DNA of 64,000 nucleotides from Camelus ferus (GCF_009834535.1 NC_045697.1:74836001-74900000), one strand, 5' to 3'. Positions 26,028 to 39,715 are shown, counted from the first letter of the stretch. Numbers and translations: made by a program. Notes: generated from the letters alone by a model not told the origin.

Positions 26028-28550
26028 AATTAATACAAAAGTTTCCCCATCTCTCAGGTTCTATTTTGTTTTTCAGGTCTAAGTAAAATCCAGAATAAAA
26101 TATTTAAAACATATGGTGTTTTAGAATGAGTCTTGACAGCAGGACAACTGTCAGTTTATTTTAAAAGACATCAAAAGAAGCTGAAACAAAAATCAATTTG
26201 CAATGCATTAATGATCTTATGATTAAACTGTTCCATTTTTCAGGGGAGAAAAACAAACATTTGATGTACTGAGTAATCTGTTGCATAACAGAAAGTACTT
26301 TCCAAATATCACGTTTTTTAAATTAAGACTTTTTGTGCTCTTTCCTTTACACATTAGAGAAAATTTTATGTCCTCTTATTCTTTCTTAGACAGGGTTCTG
26401 TTGTGTTTTGAATATGGTTATTTTCAGTGGTAATGAGAGTAACTTGCTTTGATGAGACAAAATCTCAAAAGCTGAGTACTTGAGAGTTGTCTTCAAAACG
26501 ACAATTTTTAACCTTGAATGATGGCCAACAATCAACTTTGGAGTGCTGCTCATGGGGTTTCCCTAACACTTGTTACTGTGTCACTGACAAGACATTGATC
26601 CTCTTGGGAGAGCCCAGCTGTGTCTTCTGTACTGGTCCATGTAAGAGACACTCTAAACTTTAACTTCCCAGTCTTAAAGGATGACCTTATGATATCAGAA
26701 CTTGAAGCCCAGAAGGTGATGACCTTTCTCTGCTAAAAGTTTAATGTGTCTCCTGCTACTTCCTAATTGTTCAGCTTTTATCTTACCTCAGTGATCATTG
26801 TTGAGGCTTGAATCTTCATAAAGTTAGTGATTTACCACTCTCTGAGAGATTTTGGCCAAGTATCCATGGCTAAAAGCACTCAGAGGTGAAGAGAGGTGAA
26901 GGATAAGGATGGCTGCCAAGAGGATAATATTGGATTATAAACAAATAGGGGCAACCTTCAAGTTGTTATTCTAAAGATTTAGATAGTGCTAAGGGTTACA
27001 GGGTGGCTTGCCCTATCTTAGTAATATGCTGTGACCTGCTGTATTCTCTGAGCTGTTCCTTGTATCTCAGCTTCTGCCAAAATCAAATTGTTTCTTTTTA
27101 TGAAGGAGGAACTACTTCACTGACTCATCTCAGTCATCAAGAAAATAAGTCTAACCATTTCTTTCTAGTCTTTCATAGATTCTGATTTTGGGTGAAATGA
27201 GAAAGAAGCACTGCTAATTAAAAAAAAATGCCTATTTTACCATTATGAATATTTGCTAACTCTAAGAAAGAAACATAGACAAGAAAGAAAGTAAAGATAC
27301 AAAGAAAGAGGCAGAGATTGAAGTAGAGAAACGTGACAGATGAGGAGAGAGACAGTGGAGGGAAAAGAATGGGAAAAAAGGAAGAGCAAGAGAGCAGAAG
27401 GAAGTGATGAGAGAATGAGAACCTGAGAGACAATTTGTGGGCTTGTGAACACATGTGGACACATCTAAAAGATTCCACAGCTTTGTTTGTTTTCCAGTTA
27501 AATTGGATGCTTTAGTCTTCATCATGGTTTGTCAGGCATTTTAAGTCTAAGTAGTCAGACCACTTCAGTTGTTTTAACACCCCAAATCCAAATGATTGGA
27601 CAGTTAAAACTACCCAATTGGGTCAACCATTTAGCAATCCTGGGGACTGAACAAGTGATTGATGTGGTATATGAGGCAGACTCAAACTGTAATTTGTTAC
27701 TTCAGAGAAAGAAAGCTAACAAATTCTTTTTGGGAAACTCAAGAGGGATTGGATAAACTTGTGTTAAATGATAGGATACTAATATTACATTACTGGATGG
27801 TTAGTCTTGAGAAGAGTCTTCCACATGGAAGGAAAAAAAGATTACAACTGTTAGTCTGTCTAAATATGTTTCCAGCTCTGTGTTTCTGAAAGTGACAAAC
27901 AGCCTCCATATGTAGAGCTTGAGGGAATTAATCACATCTTTTACTTCTCAAGATGGCAGCTGATTGAGAGCTAGGCAAAAGAATCTGAACATTATATTGT
28001 CAGCTTTATTAATGGTAAAGCTAGTTTGGCAAATGTAGCTTGAATGTGGCCTATCTGGCTTTCTAATTTTTTTTTTCCAGATTTATATTTGGATTTACTT
28101 GAGTGGTAAGACCTCCAAAGCAATAACTTATACAACTAGCAATTCCTCACCATGTTGAGGCCCAGGTCAGGGACACAAGAGGGAGGCCTCCTGTATCTGT
28201 GCAGTGACTTACCATGTTAACTGACCACTGGAGAAATGTGGATCAATGACTATTAGACTTTTCAACATTTTACCAAACAGGGAAATCACTGTTCTCCTGT
28301 GGAGAGGAACAAATGAGATCTAGAAGGAAGAAAGAAACACTTCGGAGAGAGCAAAATCTCTTATTTTATGGGCTAGTAAGAAAAGAGTGAAGGAGGAAAA
28401 ATAGCTTCCTCCAAATTACACATTCAAAGTACTCTTATTTTACTCACAGTTTTGGTAAAACAGTGCATGTGAGTAGGGAAACTTTGGCTTAGCATTTGAG
28501 GGTGCTGATGAGAAGTTCTGAATGTGTTGTAGAGAAGAATGTGAGACAGT

Positions 28551-29400
28551 CATTTAGCATAATACCCTCCAGGTCCACCCATGTTGTTACAAATGGCAAA
28601 ATTTCCTTATTTTTATGGCTGAGTAGTATTCCACTGTGTGTATGTATCTATCTATATCTATATCTATATCTATATCTATATCTATATCTATATCTATCTA
28701 TATCTCTCACATCTTCTTTATCCATTCATCTGTTGATAGACACTTAAGTTTGCTTCCATATCTTGGCAGTTATAAATAATACTATGAACATTGGGGTGCA
28801 TGTATTTTTTCAAATTAGTTTTTGCTTTTGTTTTTGTTTTTTTGATATATAACCAGAAGTGCAATTACTGGTTCATATGGTAGTTCTATTTTTAGTTTTT
28901 TGAGAAATTTCCATATTGTAAAATCCTAAATGTTAAGACCAGAAACCTAAAACTCCTAGAGGAAAACACAGAACACTGCCTGACATAAATCATAGCAATA
29001 TTTTTTTGGCTCTGTCTCCTAAAGCAAATAAAAGCAAATATAAACAAATGGGACCTAACTGAATTTAAAAGCTTTTGCACAGCAAAGGAAACCACTGACA
29101 AAATGAAAAGGCAACCCAAAGAATAAGAGAAAACATTTGCAAATGATGTGGCTGATAAGGGATTAATATGCAACATATATAAACAAGCTCATACAAGTCA
29201 ACATCGAAAAAACAAACAACCCAATTAAAAAATGCACAGAAGATCTGAATAGACATCTTTCCAAAGAGGACATTCAGATGGCCAACACACATGAAAAGAT
29301 GCTCATCATCTCTAATCATCAGGGAAATGCAAATCTAAACTGCAATGAAATATCACTTTACACCAGTCAGAATGGTTGTCATCAAAAAGGACACAAATGA
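28551..29400. mobile_element. L1 with internal inversion (minus 28551-28919, plus 28920-29400)
   Basis: Reverse ORF2 3' segment joined directly to a forward upstream ORF2 segment (29345 [15 protein letters not shown]). Confidence 0.85.
28646..28704. repeat. (TATATC)n hexanucleotide repeat inside L1
   Basis: Seen directly. Confidence 0.95.
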
Positions 29401-29504
29401 TTGTCTTTCCATTAGGCCACTCTTACTGAAAATGCCACCCCCACCTCTGGACAAAGCCTCCAAGAGCATAGCATCTGACTACCATTGCAAGTATGGGAGA
29501 CCTG

Positions 29505-29965
29505 CTAAAACTATTCACAAGAGCCAAATACTGGAAACAGTCTAAATGCTCATCAATTGATAAATGGATAAACAAAGTATGGTATATCAATACAATACAA
29601 CATAATTCAACAACCAAAAGTAATGAACTACTGATAACATACTGCAGTGTGGATAAACCTCTAAAAAATTAAGTGAAAGAAGCCAGCCACAAAAGACCAC
29701 ATATTGTCTGATTCCATTTATATAAAATGCTTCCAAAAGCAAATCCTCTGAAGCAGAAAGTGGATTACTGGTTGCCTGGTACTGGGTACAGTGGAAGGGA
29801 TGGTCCACAAATGAGCATGAGGGAACTTTTTGGGATGATGGAAATGTTTTAAAATTGGATTGTGGTGATTATTGAAAAACTATAAATTTGCCAAAAATAA
29901 TTAAATTGCATACTTAAAATTAGTAAACTTTATGGTATATAAATTATAACTCAATAAAGTTGTTT
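29505..29965 (+). mobile_element. Old L1 (L1MB/L1MC-like) 3' end
   Basis: ctattcacaagagccaaatactggaaacagtctaaatg…gattccatttatataaaatg…ttggattgtggtga…ctcaataaag. Confidence 0.85.
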
Positions 29966-30729
29966 AGATATTTATTTCTAGCAAAGGGGCTATGAATTGT
30001 GGGTACCCCTTATTTCCTCAGCTCAATGAATATTTCTTATAGAGATTGCTTGAGAATTCTTGATACCTACTTTCTTATATTACTAAGTATGACATCTAAG
30101 ATTGTATGTGAAAAGAAGCATTTCTTTAAACTGTATTGCTCTCGTGTGAATGTTAGGTGATACTCTGTTTCAATAAATGTTGAGGAAGCTGAGTGGAAGG
30201 AGTCTGAGTTTCTACTCACAGAAGGAGAGGACTGGGGAACTTCTCTAAGACCAACTCTCCTCCAACCAAACAGGCAAAAAGCACTCTGAAATGGATGGTA
30301 GGAGAAACAACTGTGGGTGTTTCTTTCTCCTTCCCCTGTGTATCCTGAGTTAATAACAAACAAGTATTATAACAAACCTTGGAGTAAGTGATTCCTAACT
30401 GTTACCTAACCCCACACACTCCATAGTTCTCTGATGGAGATTGATGGTGGTGAAGACACATCAGCTGTACTGCAAGTGACTGGGATGAAAAGGTTGATAA
30501 GCCACTTGGGTGGCGAAGCAAAGTGAGAGCCCTCATGGCTCAAGTAGCACCGAACTGTCTTGCAAGGAGGGTGAGCTAACTTAACCACAACGCTGAGGAT
30601 AGCCAAGTAGGCCATTGCTTAATTACTCAGGACAGCAGGGTGGAGGCCACAGCTGCCATTAAGTGCTTTCTTTCTTCTTTCTTGCCACATGCAATGCTCA
30701 GTCTCTTTTATAATTAAATATGTACCTAT

Positions 30730-31290
30730 TGACTCGCCAAATGTTTACTTAGCACCTATTATGGAAGATTCTGTGTGCTGGGAATATAGTTGCAGATGAG
30801 AAAAGGTCCTTGTTTTTGTGGAGCCTAGATTCTGGTGGAGAGAGGCGGATTATAAGTAAAACAAAATAAATAGTATTTAAGATATTGGTATGTGCTACTA
30901 AATAGAGTGATGTGCTACAAAATTGGGTGATGGGGTAGAGAGAGACTGGGGGAAAGAGTGGGGACAGGAACAGCATGGAGCCTTTAGCCACAGAGCATTA
31001 GCAAGGGCTTCTCTGAAGACATCTCATTGGATTGAAGCCTTAGGGATTCAAAGGATGTAGCCACGTGAAGACTTGAAGGAGGAACATTCCAGGGCAAGGG
31101 AGGTCAATTTCAATGATGCTGACATAGAAGTGAGCAGAGACAAAGAAGAGAAGGCATGAGTGACTGGAGAGTAGTGGGAAAAGGAGAGGTGGGTTTGGAG
31201 ATGCTCCCAGGGGTCTGAAGGTGTAAGGTCTCCAGGCATTGTAGGGAGATTGTATTTAATTCTTACAGCAACAGGGAGTCTTTGGAGAGT
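30730..31290 (-). mobile_element. L2 LINE relic
   Basis: aaatgtttacttagcacctatt…tgtgctgggaatatag…gaacattccagggcaagg…gactggagagtagtg. Confidence 0.8.
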
Positions 31291-32508
31291 TTGTAGAATA
31301 ATTGAAAGGTATTTTTAAGGGATGCCAAAACAGCCTATTGATAGCAGCCTCAAGTCCCAGTCTAGCATTGTCTGCAAATTCCCACACTTGACTCACTGGA
31401 GACTGGTTGCAGGAACCTAGCTCAGGCCTTAAATTTATTCATTGAGGAGAAACTCTTATCACAACTTTGAACTCTGGCAAGGTGACTGTAAAGCCTGGGA
31501 AAATACTTTTCTAAGGAAGTTTCAACTGATTATTTGAATGGTGTTAAGAATAAATGTCCAGTTTTTAAAAAGAATCTGTTTAAACAGCCCACCAAATAAA
31601 CCCAAATGGCTCACTTGGCATTTAACACTTCGCATTAAATGGCTAAACAATTTCCTTTCAAAATAAAGCACTTTAATGATCCACAGAAAGTAATGAAATG
31701 CATTTAACATCGAAAAAAGATAGTCTGTGGTTAGGGAGGCAAATCCAAATGACACAGTGTGATACAGAAATAAACTATGACTTATCTGTCAAAAAGGCTT
31801 GGTCTTATAAAACACAAGATAATGCAAAGTAGGGAGGAACAATAATAAAACAGCAATTTAAGCTTCCAATTAATCAAATGTCACTTGACTTTGAGGAACT
31901 TTATATTTGTGAGGATAGAATGCCAACGGGAGTTTATAAACAGCTCAATCTTAGTCTCTGAGGAAGCAATGCTGTCTGGGATAAGCAAGTTTGATGGGTC
32001 TTGTATGAGCAGCTTATTATCAAATTTAGAAATGTTACTTTGCAAGCCTACAAGATTGAGATGTTTTTGTATTTCTTTCCCAAGGAATGGTACTCTGGGA
32101 GAGGAGTGTGGGAGAGTCTAAAGGATAAGGAAAAATAAGACCCAAGTGTTAAAGATAAAATTTCAATCCAACAATGTATAAGGATATGGCTGCCCTAAAT
32201 TAGGATAAGTATGGGAGTTGTGTTAAAAATATTGAGTTATCATTTGAGCTAATGGTAGCTCAAATCTAAGCAAGTTTGTTCTGTGTATTTTTAGGAATGA
32301 ATCTTACTCTTAAAGCTGTATTTATAGGACAGTTAGTCATCTAGTATTTTTTAAGCCCTGTGGGAATTCTCTTTTTTCCATTCTGTACAGTTATAGTGTG
32401 ATATATATATCTGTCTGGCACATGGTAGGAATTCAATAATTATTTGTTGAAATAAATGTTAAATTAAAAATATGAGTCTGTTCTTTGACTTTAAAAATTC
32501 AGCGATGA

Positions 32509-32646
32509 GGGGAGGGGATAGCTCAGTGGTAGAGCACATGCTTAGCATGCATGAGGTCCTAGGCTCAAACCCCAGTACCTCCATTTAAAAAAATAATTAA
32601 ATAAGTAAACCTAATTACCTGCCCCCAAACAAACAAACAAACAAAC
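32509..32646 (+). mobile_element. tRNA-Ala(AGC)-derived SINE, resembling camelid Vic-1
   Basis: ggggaggggatagctcagtggtagagcacatgcttagcatgcatgaggtcctaggctcaaaccccagtacctcca, then an A-rich aaacctaattacctgccccc tail and (CAAA)n; TSD aaaaattcag (32493-32502 / 32647-32656); B-box degraded. Confidence 0.85.
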
Positions 32647-32944
32647 AAAAATTCAGGAATAGTAGGGTCACAATGCAGAAAAAATTAAACAAGCCAGGCT
32701 GACTTTAGTCAATAAATTTGTTATGTTGATGCTTGGGGGGAATTGTGCAGGCAACTAGCAAGTGCAGGGATTAGAGAGTGCGAAATGGACAGTTGGTTTC
32801 AGCTTATCCTCTGCTTGAAGGCAGGTACATTACAGGAGAAGTTAAAAGCATGAGCAAAGGTAGAATGTCAAGAAAGCTTGTGATGCATTTTGGAGAAGAG
32901 CAGAGTCAAGTTTAGTTGAAGAATAGAGTATCATCATGGAGAGA

Positions 32945-33295
32945 GGTTGGTATAGTGGGAAGAAAAGGATTGTGAGTCATATAAAAGCCTAACCCTGCTG
33001 TCACTTTGGAAAACAACAGTTATGGTCATCAGTTCCCTCACCCTAAAAAAGAGATATTGGTGTTCTCTTTCCCTGTGTTCTTCATAACTGCTAATGAGTA
33101 TTTATATTCATTGAGGTCTTACTATGTGCTCAGCACTCTTCTAGGCACATTAATTCTATTAATTTAAATACCTGTGTGAAGCACTTGACATTAATGACCT
33201 TATTCATCCCTCACACTAATTCTTTGATGTAAGAGTTGTGAGGATAAAATCGAATAACATAATGCAGTGCTTGGCTTATAGTATATTCTCAGATA
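32945..33295. mobile_element. MIR fragments in both orientations
   Basis: ggtatagtgggaaga…; cttactatgtgctcagcactctt; gttgtgaggataaaatcgaataa…agtgcttggc. Confidence 0.55.
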
Positions 33296-34784
33296 AATTC
33301 ATTTCTCTACCCATCCCATCCCTTCTCTTGTAGGTAAATCACGGGAGTTAAGTCTGGAAAGGAAACTGGAACCAAACTGCAGAAGGGCCTTACTATTAGT
33401 ACTTTATTCAGCCAACAACTTGTGGTCTTTGAATGTTTCGGAGCTGGGAAGTGACATGTTTATAGCTTTACAAACAATCAAGTCCTGTGGGTTGGATATT
33501 TTTCTCATTGCTTCATCATTTGAAATTCAGAGATTAAATTTTCAATGCAAGTTGCAAATTTATTAAACATTCTTCTTTGTAAAAGGAATAACACATCCCT
33601 CAAATTATTAGAGGCTCTCAGTAGCATCTTTGAGATCTGCTCATTAACATGTCAATTCCATTTATTCTCAGTGGTATAGACACTTGAGCCAAAAATATTG
33701 TTCCTGACTGTATTTCATGCTATTTTTCCCTGAGAAATACTGGGACACCCTTCACTATCTGTTGCCCACCTTAATCAGTTGAACAGTTTTACTTTCTTCC
33801 CCCATAATTATCAAGTATCAACTTAAAGACTTCTTTCAACAGCTCTGCTATCTTTCTAAATGGTACCAATTAGCACTTAATTTTTATTGCTGGATGAATT
33901 TTAGTCTCCTTCACCACAGACCACTGGACGGACGTTTTAAAATCTCTCAAAATGTCTCACATGTCTCCTCCCGATCTCTTCTATTTCAACCTTTCAGCAT
34001 TGCTGTGTGTACAAACCACTGACTAAAATTTATAATAGTAAAACAAAATAAATACCATCATACCTGGCTAAACCTCTTTATAAACCTAAGGAGATTCAAG
34101 GCTAGAATACTTGTAGACTCTCAAACTTAAAAAAAAAAAAAGTAGACTTCTTAAAGAATTTGTTTATTCTAATCATTAATTGTAGTATTTAATTCAAAGA
34201 TTATAAACTTAAGATTAAAATTTTAAAATATGTTTAAAACTATCATAAGTCACAAGGCTGACGAGAATTCACAAATAAGTTTTTTGGCAGTCTAAAGTAG
34301 AAGAATAGGAATCATGATTTGGGGTTTGCAGATAAAATATCCCTTTCACCACATTGTAGAATACACGCAATATAGTAAGATTGTTTGAAGGCAGTTTATA
34401 ATAAAAAAATGCCCTGATCTTAGTTCTCAAGATCCTTGCTTCTACAGACAGATAGATGTAGGCCCTTACTCAAAGGAAACACATAGTCACCATAGGTAAC
34501 AGATATGTTCTCAACTGTTTGCATAAGTTGAATCTACACTAGTGACAATGAGTGGCCACATGATCTAAGATCTTGTTTCAGAACATGCAAGCTGGAAAAC
34601 ACTGGACTCTTCATGCCTAGAGCCTGTTTGCTTGTTTGTTGTCTCACTTTATTGTAAGTTACATGAGGGCATAGACTACTTCTGAATCTGTGGCCCCTAA
34701 TGCTGTGCTTGGCACATAAAAGGCACCCACACTAATATGTGGTTGCTTTTGGCATGACTTTGAGTCAGATCAGTGTTTTAGTAT

Positions 34785-35060
34785 GATGCTTCTCAAACTA
34801 ACTGTAAAGAAGGACTACTTTGTTTTTTGACTTTCCAATCTGTCTCGTATTGATTCTTTTATAAAACACAAGAAGTGAATTACTAGAAAATAAAATGTAA
34901 AGACAAAACTCTAATTTTTAAATTATTAGATGAAGTTGACGTAAAACTTCTCTGTTAAATTGCCTTAAGAGTTTCTAAATGCTTTTTCTTAAATTCTTAT
35001 TTCTCTTGTTGAGAATGAGTAAAGCAGTTTATGAACCATCTGCTGTCAAAGAACCACACT
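34785..35060. mobile_element. Charlie18a-like hAT element (terminus continues at ~35808-35830)
   Basis: tgcttctcaaactaactgtaaagaaggac…tttccaatctgtc…gaattactagaaaa; ends accacactttaaatagtact after the L1. Confidence 0.7.
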
Positions 35061-35806
35061 ATTTTTTAAAATTTTATCTTTATTGAAGTATAGCTGATTT
35101 ACAATGTGTTAGTTTCTGGTGTATAGCAAAGTGATTCATATATACATATTTACATATATATATTCTTTTTAAGATTCTTTTCCATTATATTTTAAGATGT
35201 TGAATATATTTCCCTGTGCTATACAGTAGGACCTTGTTGTTTATCTATTTTATATATAGTAGTATGTACCTGCTAATCCCAACTCCTAATTTATCCCTCC
35301 CCCTCTATCCCTTTTGGTAACCATAAGTTTGTTTTCTATGTCTCTGAGTCTATTTCTGGTTTGTAAATAAGTTAATTTGTATCATTTTTAAAAAATATTC
35401 CACATATAAGTGATACCATATGATATTTGTCTTTGTCTGACTTACTTCACTAGTATGGTACTCTCAAGTTCCATCCATGTTGCTGCAAATGGCATCATTT
35501 CATTTTTTATGGCTGAGTAATATTCCATTGTATCCATATACCATATCTTTTTACCCATTCATCTGTTGATGGACACTTAGGTTGCTTCCATGTCTTGGCT
35601 ATTGTAAATAGTGCTGCTATGAACATATGAACATTGGGTGCATGTATCTTTTGAATTTAGAGTTTTCTCCAGATGTATGCCCAGAAGTGTGATTTGCTGG
35701 ATCACATGATAACTCTATTTTTAGTATTTTAAGGAACCTCCATACTGTTTCCATAGTGGCTGTACCAATTTACATTCCTACCAACAGTGTAGGGGGGTTT
35801 CCTTTA
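35061..35806 (-). mobile_element. 5'-truncated L1 (artiodactyl-type) with TSD
   Basis: Poly-T, 3'UTR and ORF2 end; exact 11-bp TSD agaaccacact (35050-35060 / 35808-35818). Confidence 0.95.
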
Positions 35807-36214
35807 GAGAACCACACTTTAAATAGTACTTACAGTATGAACTTAGTCTGCCCCTAACTAAACTTGGTGAATCTGTTTTGAACTCCCTGGGATCTGTTTG
35901 GTCAATTGTAAAATGTAGAACAGAGCTGACTCCTCAGAGGCTGGTACCCAGAGGTACCCTACTTTGTTCTTATATCTCTGATAAGTCTAATCAGTACTTC
36001 TTCTGAAGGAAGGGTATCTGACAGGTGTGAACCAGTGTTGGGCTCAGGGCTCCCTTTCACCGTCTCCTAGTCTGACTTATATCCCTAAAGCCTTTGTTCT
36101 GGAATCAAGGCTACTGTAGTCCTGAAAATGACCAATCACTGGACTAATCTTTGAAAGCTGATAAACATTTTTAGCATAGTAGTTATCCCCTCTCCCCTGA
36201 AATATTTAATATTC

Positions 36215-36425
36215 CCTTTCCTGCTTCATACTTTCTTCATAGCACTTAACAATGCCATAATTTGCATTTTGCTTCTCTTATTCATAATCCTTCTCTCTTC
36301 CCTTAAATGTAAGCACAGTCAGAGCTGAAATTCTAATCATTTTTTGATCATTCCTGTGAAAAAAAATATACTGTGCTTGACACACGATAGACACAAAGTA
36401 TGTTTTTGAATAATGAGTAAGTGAA
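36215..36425 (+). mobile_element. L2 3' end
   Basis: ttcttcatagcactta…aatgtaagcac…gtgcttgacacacgatagacac…tgaataatgagtaagtgaat. Confidence 0.7.
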
Positions 36426-37999
36426 TCTCAATTCACTTGTGTTGTCCTTTAGTGATTTAATGTGACGACTCTTGCATGTTCACTACTTCAAGAACTTTGA
36501 ATACTTCATTTTCCTTGAGATTTACTATAGTCTTAATGGAAAATTCAATATTTGAGGTAATTTAAACACAACCTTGAAGCTTTTTCAACTTGGCTATTTA
36601 TATAATTCCACGTGTATTGTCCTCTAATATATCAAAGAGGCTTTTAATGTGTGTCAAATTCAAAGTTCTCTTTCAAAAGCATAGTTTGGATTCATCTGAA
36701 TACAACAAAAAACACAAATGAAATCTACTTTTAATGTAAAAAGCATAGTTTAAAAATATTCTTATAAATCACAAATGATTGAGTGGAATCATTTTAGATT
36801 TTCTAAGAAAAAAATTTCCTTTAAAAAATGAGCATGAGAAATTTCAGCCCTGTAAGGAGATATGTGTATTTGTGTGTTTGTGTGTGTGTGTATTTCAAAT
36901 TTTTTAAGTGAGAAAAACTCAAGTACCTGTTTTCACATACTTACTTAAGTTCTTTCCCAACCACAATTATACCACAACACTATAGTACTGTCAGCAATAA
37001 AACCAAAGTGATTTTTTTAGTCCCACATTTATAGTACGTTGGGAAAAGGTACAAAATCTTTTTATTTATATCAAGCAGTCTTTACTTTTCCTTTCAGGAA
37101 ATTCAAACAATGCAACTAAATAAAACACGAATCTGCCTTATGATGTTACCCACTACAGAAAAAAAAGAAAATTCAAATATGTTTAAACATATATAAACTT
37201 TTGTATTTAATTTTTTGTCCATATGTGCCTTAATAATTTTAAAAAACAAAGTTCCCATATATATTTTTTTCTTTCGTATTCTCATACTGGCCAATCAACT
37301 TTTTTCATTTTTTCCCGTCTATTACCTGATTATTTCGTCTTAGTATTCATATTTTTAATACAGTTTTTATGGTTAGCTAAAACTTCAACTTTTCTACAAA
37401 AGTACTGTTTGGTTTTTATGCCCATTTTAAGGTTTTTAAGTTAAACATTGAAAGGCAGGCCATAGATGGGACCACATTTTCCCTCTTCCAGTGTTCCTGC
37501 CTGTACACACTCAAGAAGTAGAAACTTTGATCCTTCCATAACTAATGAAAAGTGAAACTTGACCCTTTCTTCCATTTGCTTACCTACCCACTCCCTTCCC
37601 TCAAGAAGACTGACTTAATTGATAGGTGAAATTGAGAAGATGGTCAGTGCAGTTGTTTGGCTAAAGTACATGCCCCTCTTTGAGATCTGTCTGCTTTGAG
37701 GAAGTGTGCTTCCCTCCCCCCACCCCTTGCCAGGCTTCTCCATATGGTAAATGCCCCTGGTTCATGGCCCGAGACCAGGGGCCTGTATTCCAGAGCCATA
37801 TCTGAAGGCTCACATCTCTGCGGCCCCAGAACCTAATGGACCTGGGAGGGATTCGGGGTAAGGGTCTCTGCTCTGAAGACCTCAGCTCTTCTTTGGAGGA
37901 GTAGTCCTGATCTGTAGATTAGGGAGAAATAAAAACAGAGACAAAAACAAAACTAATTCTGGTCATAGATTAAGCTGCATTCTTTAATTCAATATTACC

Positions 38000-38620
38000 A
38001 ATAACAAAACCAATATTTTCACAGTGTCTTAATGACTATTTGACTAAACATGTATCTGAACACTCAGTCAATTCAGCATGTGGAGAGGAACACAGAGTTG
38101 GGATGAACAATCATTCTCATATCAGAAAAGTGGGTAGAATTTTGGTAGACAAATATAAGGAAGGAGATGCAGGGGGTGATGTGAGAAAAGTGGGCAGTGT
38201 GGTTGCCCACTTCTGCAGTGTGGGTTTGTGAATAACAAGTCTTTTATGGCTGGAGCATAGGATGCTTTGGGGAGCTTTAATGGAAAAAAAAATTGGATAA
38301 AATAAGGTGGAGATAAATGTTAGTTGCTATTCTATGCAATGAAGAACTGTGAGAAATTTTTAGTTGATATGGTTAGATACTAAAAAGATAAAGAGATGAG
38401 CAGTGTGAAGGAAAGTTTAGGGGCATGAATAGGAATAATGGGAGAAGGAGTGAGGGAAGAAAAACAGGTGAAAATTAGACTAGGTATCCATCTGAAGAGC
38501 AATAAAAGTCAGAACTGAAGCAGTCAGCATAGAAAAAATTATATGTATTGGACATATTTTGGAGGCAGAAGTTAGCTTTTGACTGGATGTGAAAGGTATG
38601 GGAAAGAGAAGCAGAATTTG
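38000..38620 (-). mobile_element. Degenerate L2 fragments
   Basis: ggctggagcatagg…gactggatgtgaaaggtatgggaaagaga. Confidence 0.45.
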
Positions 38621-38814
38621 ACAAATTTTTAAACCATATGCATTGGGAGAATGATATTTCATTAATCAACTTAAAGAATAAATATATATATAATATTTTA
38701 ACCTTCCTTCTTTCTATTTTCTTATTTCCCCATCTCTTCCTTTTTTCCTTTCCACTTTTCTTCCTCCCTCCCTTCCTTCCTTTTCTTGGTTCTATAGCCC
38801 TCGAATCTATTGAA

Positions 38815-39005
38815 CACATGCTAAGTATAACCTTTTTAATTTGAACTTTTCATTTAATCTTCACATTGATCCTACAAAGAAGACAGATTTTAGTTAATTG
38901 GTTGCTTGATTAATTAATTAACTCAAGGCTCAGAGAGCCTCAGTAACTTGTTCAAGGTCACCAATTGGCATGTGTGGGCACTTGGGTTGGAACCCAGATC
39001 AGTCA
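38815..39005 (-). mobile_element. MIR SINE
   Basis: aactcaaggctcagagagcctcagtaacttgttcaaggtcac…gggttggaacccag. Confidence 0.8.
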
Positions 39006-39029
39006 TGTTCTTATGTTCTTTATCTTTAA

Positions 39030-39715
39030 AGGAAGACTGTTTCTCTACTCAGAACACTTCTGACACCAAATGTGTGTGTCTTCCATGAGAACTTCTTGAA
39101 TTGTCTGTGGAGACTAGCTGGGTATCCTACAATTTAATTCATTCTGATACTAACTACCAACCCCACAGGTTAAGGGCTCAGTGCCACAAGACTGTCCTTC
39201 CACCTCAGATGCCAGTCACAAGGAGTGGGTCTCCAGATTACTCATACTTCTATCTGGCTTGGCTACAAATTGCAGGTTCCCATGCTCCACCTCCTTATTT
39301 TTGATTAGTTTGCTATAATAGCTCACAGAACTTAGGGAGATACTTTAGTTTCTATTATTAGCTTACTGTAAAGGATATTATAAAGGATACAGATGAGCAG
39401 TCTGTTGAAGAGGTATATAGAGCAAAGTCTGGAAGGGCCCTGAGTGCAAGATCTTCTGTCCCTGTGGGGTTTGGAGAACACTACTCTCCTGGCACATGGA
39501 TGCATTCACCAATCTGGAAGCTTTCTACTTAAGAGTTTTGTATGGAGGTTCCATTACTTAGGCCTGATTTATTATATCATTGGCTATTGGTGATTAATCT
39601 GAATCCTAGCCTCATTCCCCTCTCTGGAGGTTTGGGGTGGGCCTGAATGTAAGTTCCAATCCTCTAATCACACAGTATTTCCTTTGGCAACCAGCACACA
39701 TCTAAGAGTCTCTTA
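39030..39715 (-). mobile_element. Solo ERVL LTR (MER21-like)
   Basis: aacacttctgacaccaaatgtgtg…agctgggtatcctacaatttaattc…ggttaagggctcagtgccacaagactg…gctcacagaacttaggga. Confidence 0.85.

Noticed and set aside
32509..32583. Functional tRNA-Ala gene
   Set aside because: The T-loop/B-box is altered (ggctcaaacc), there are extra 5' bases, and the SINE tail and TSD indicate a retroposed SINE.
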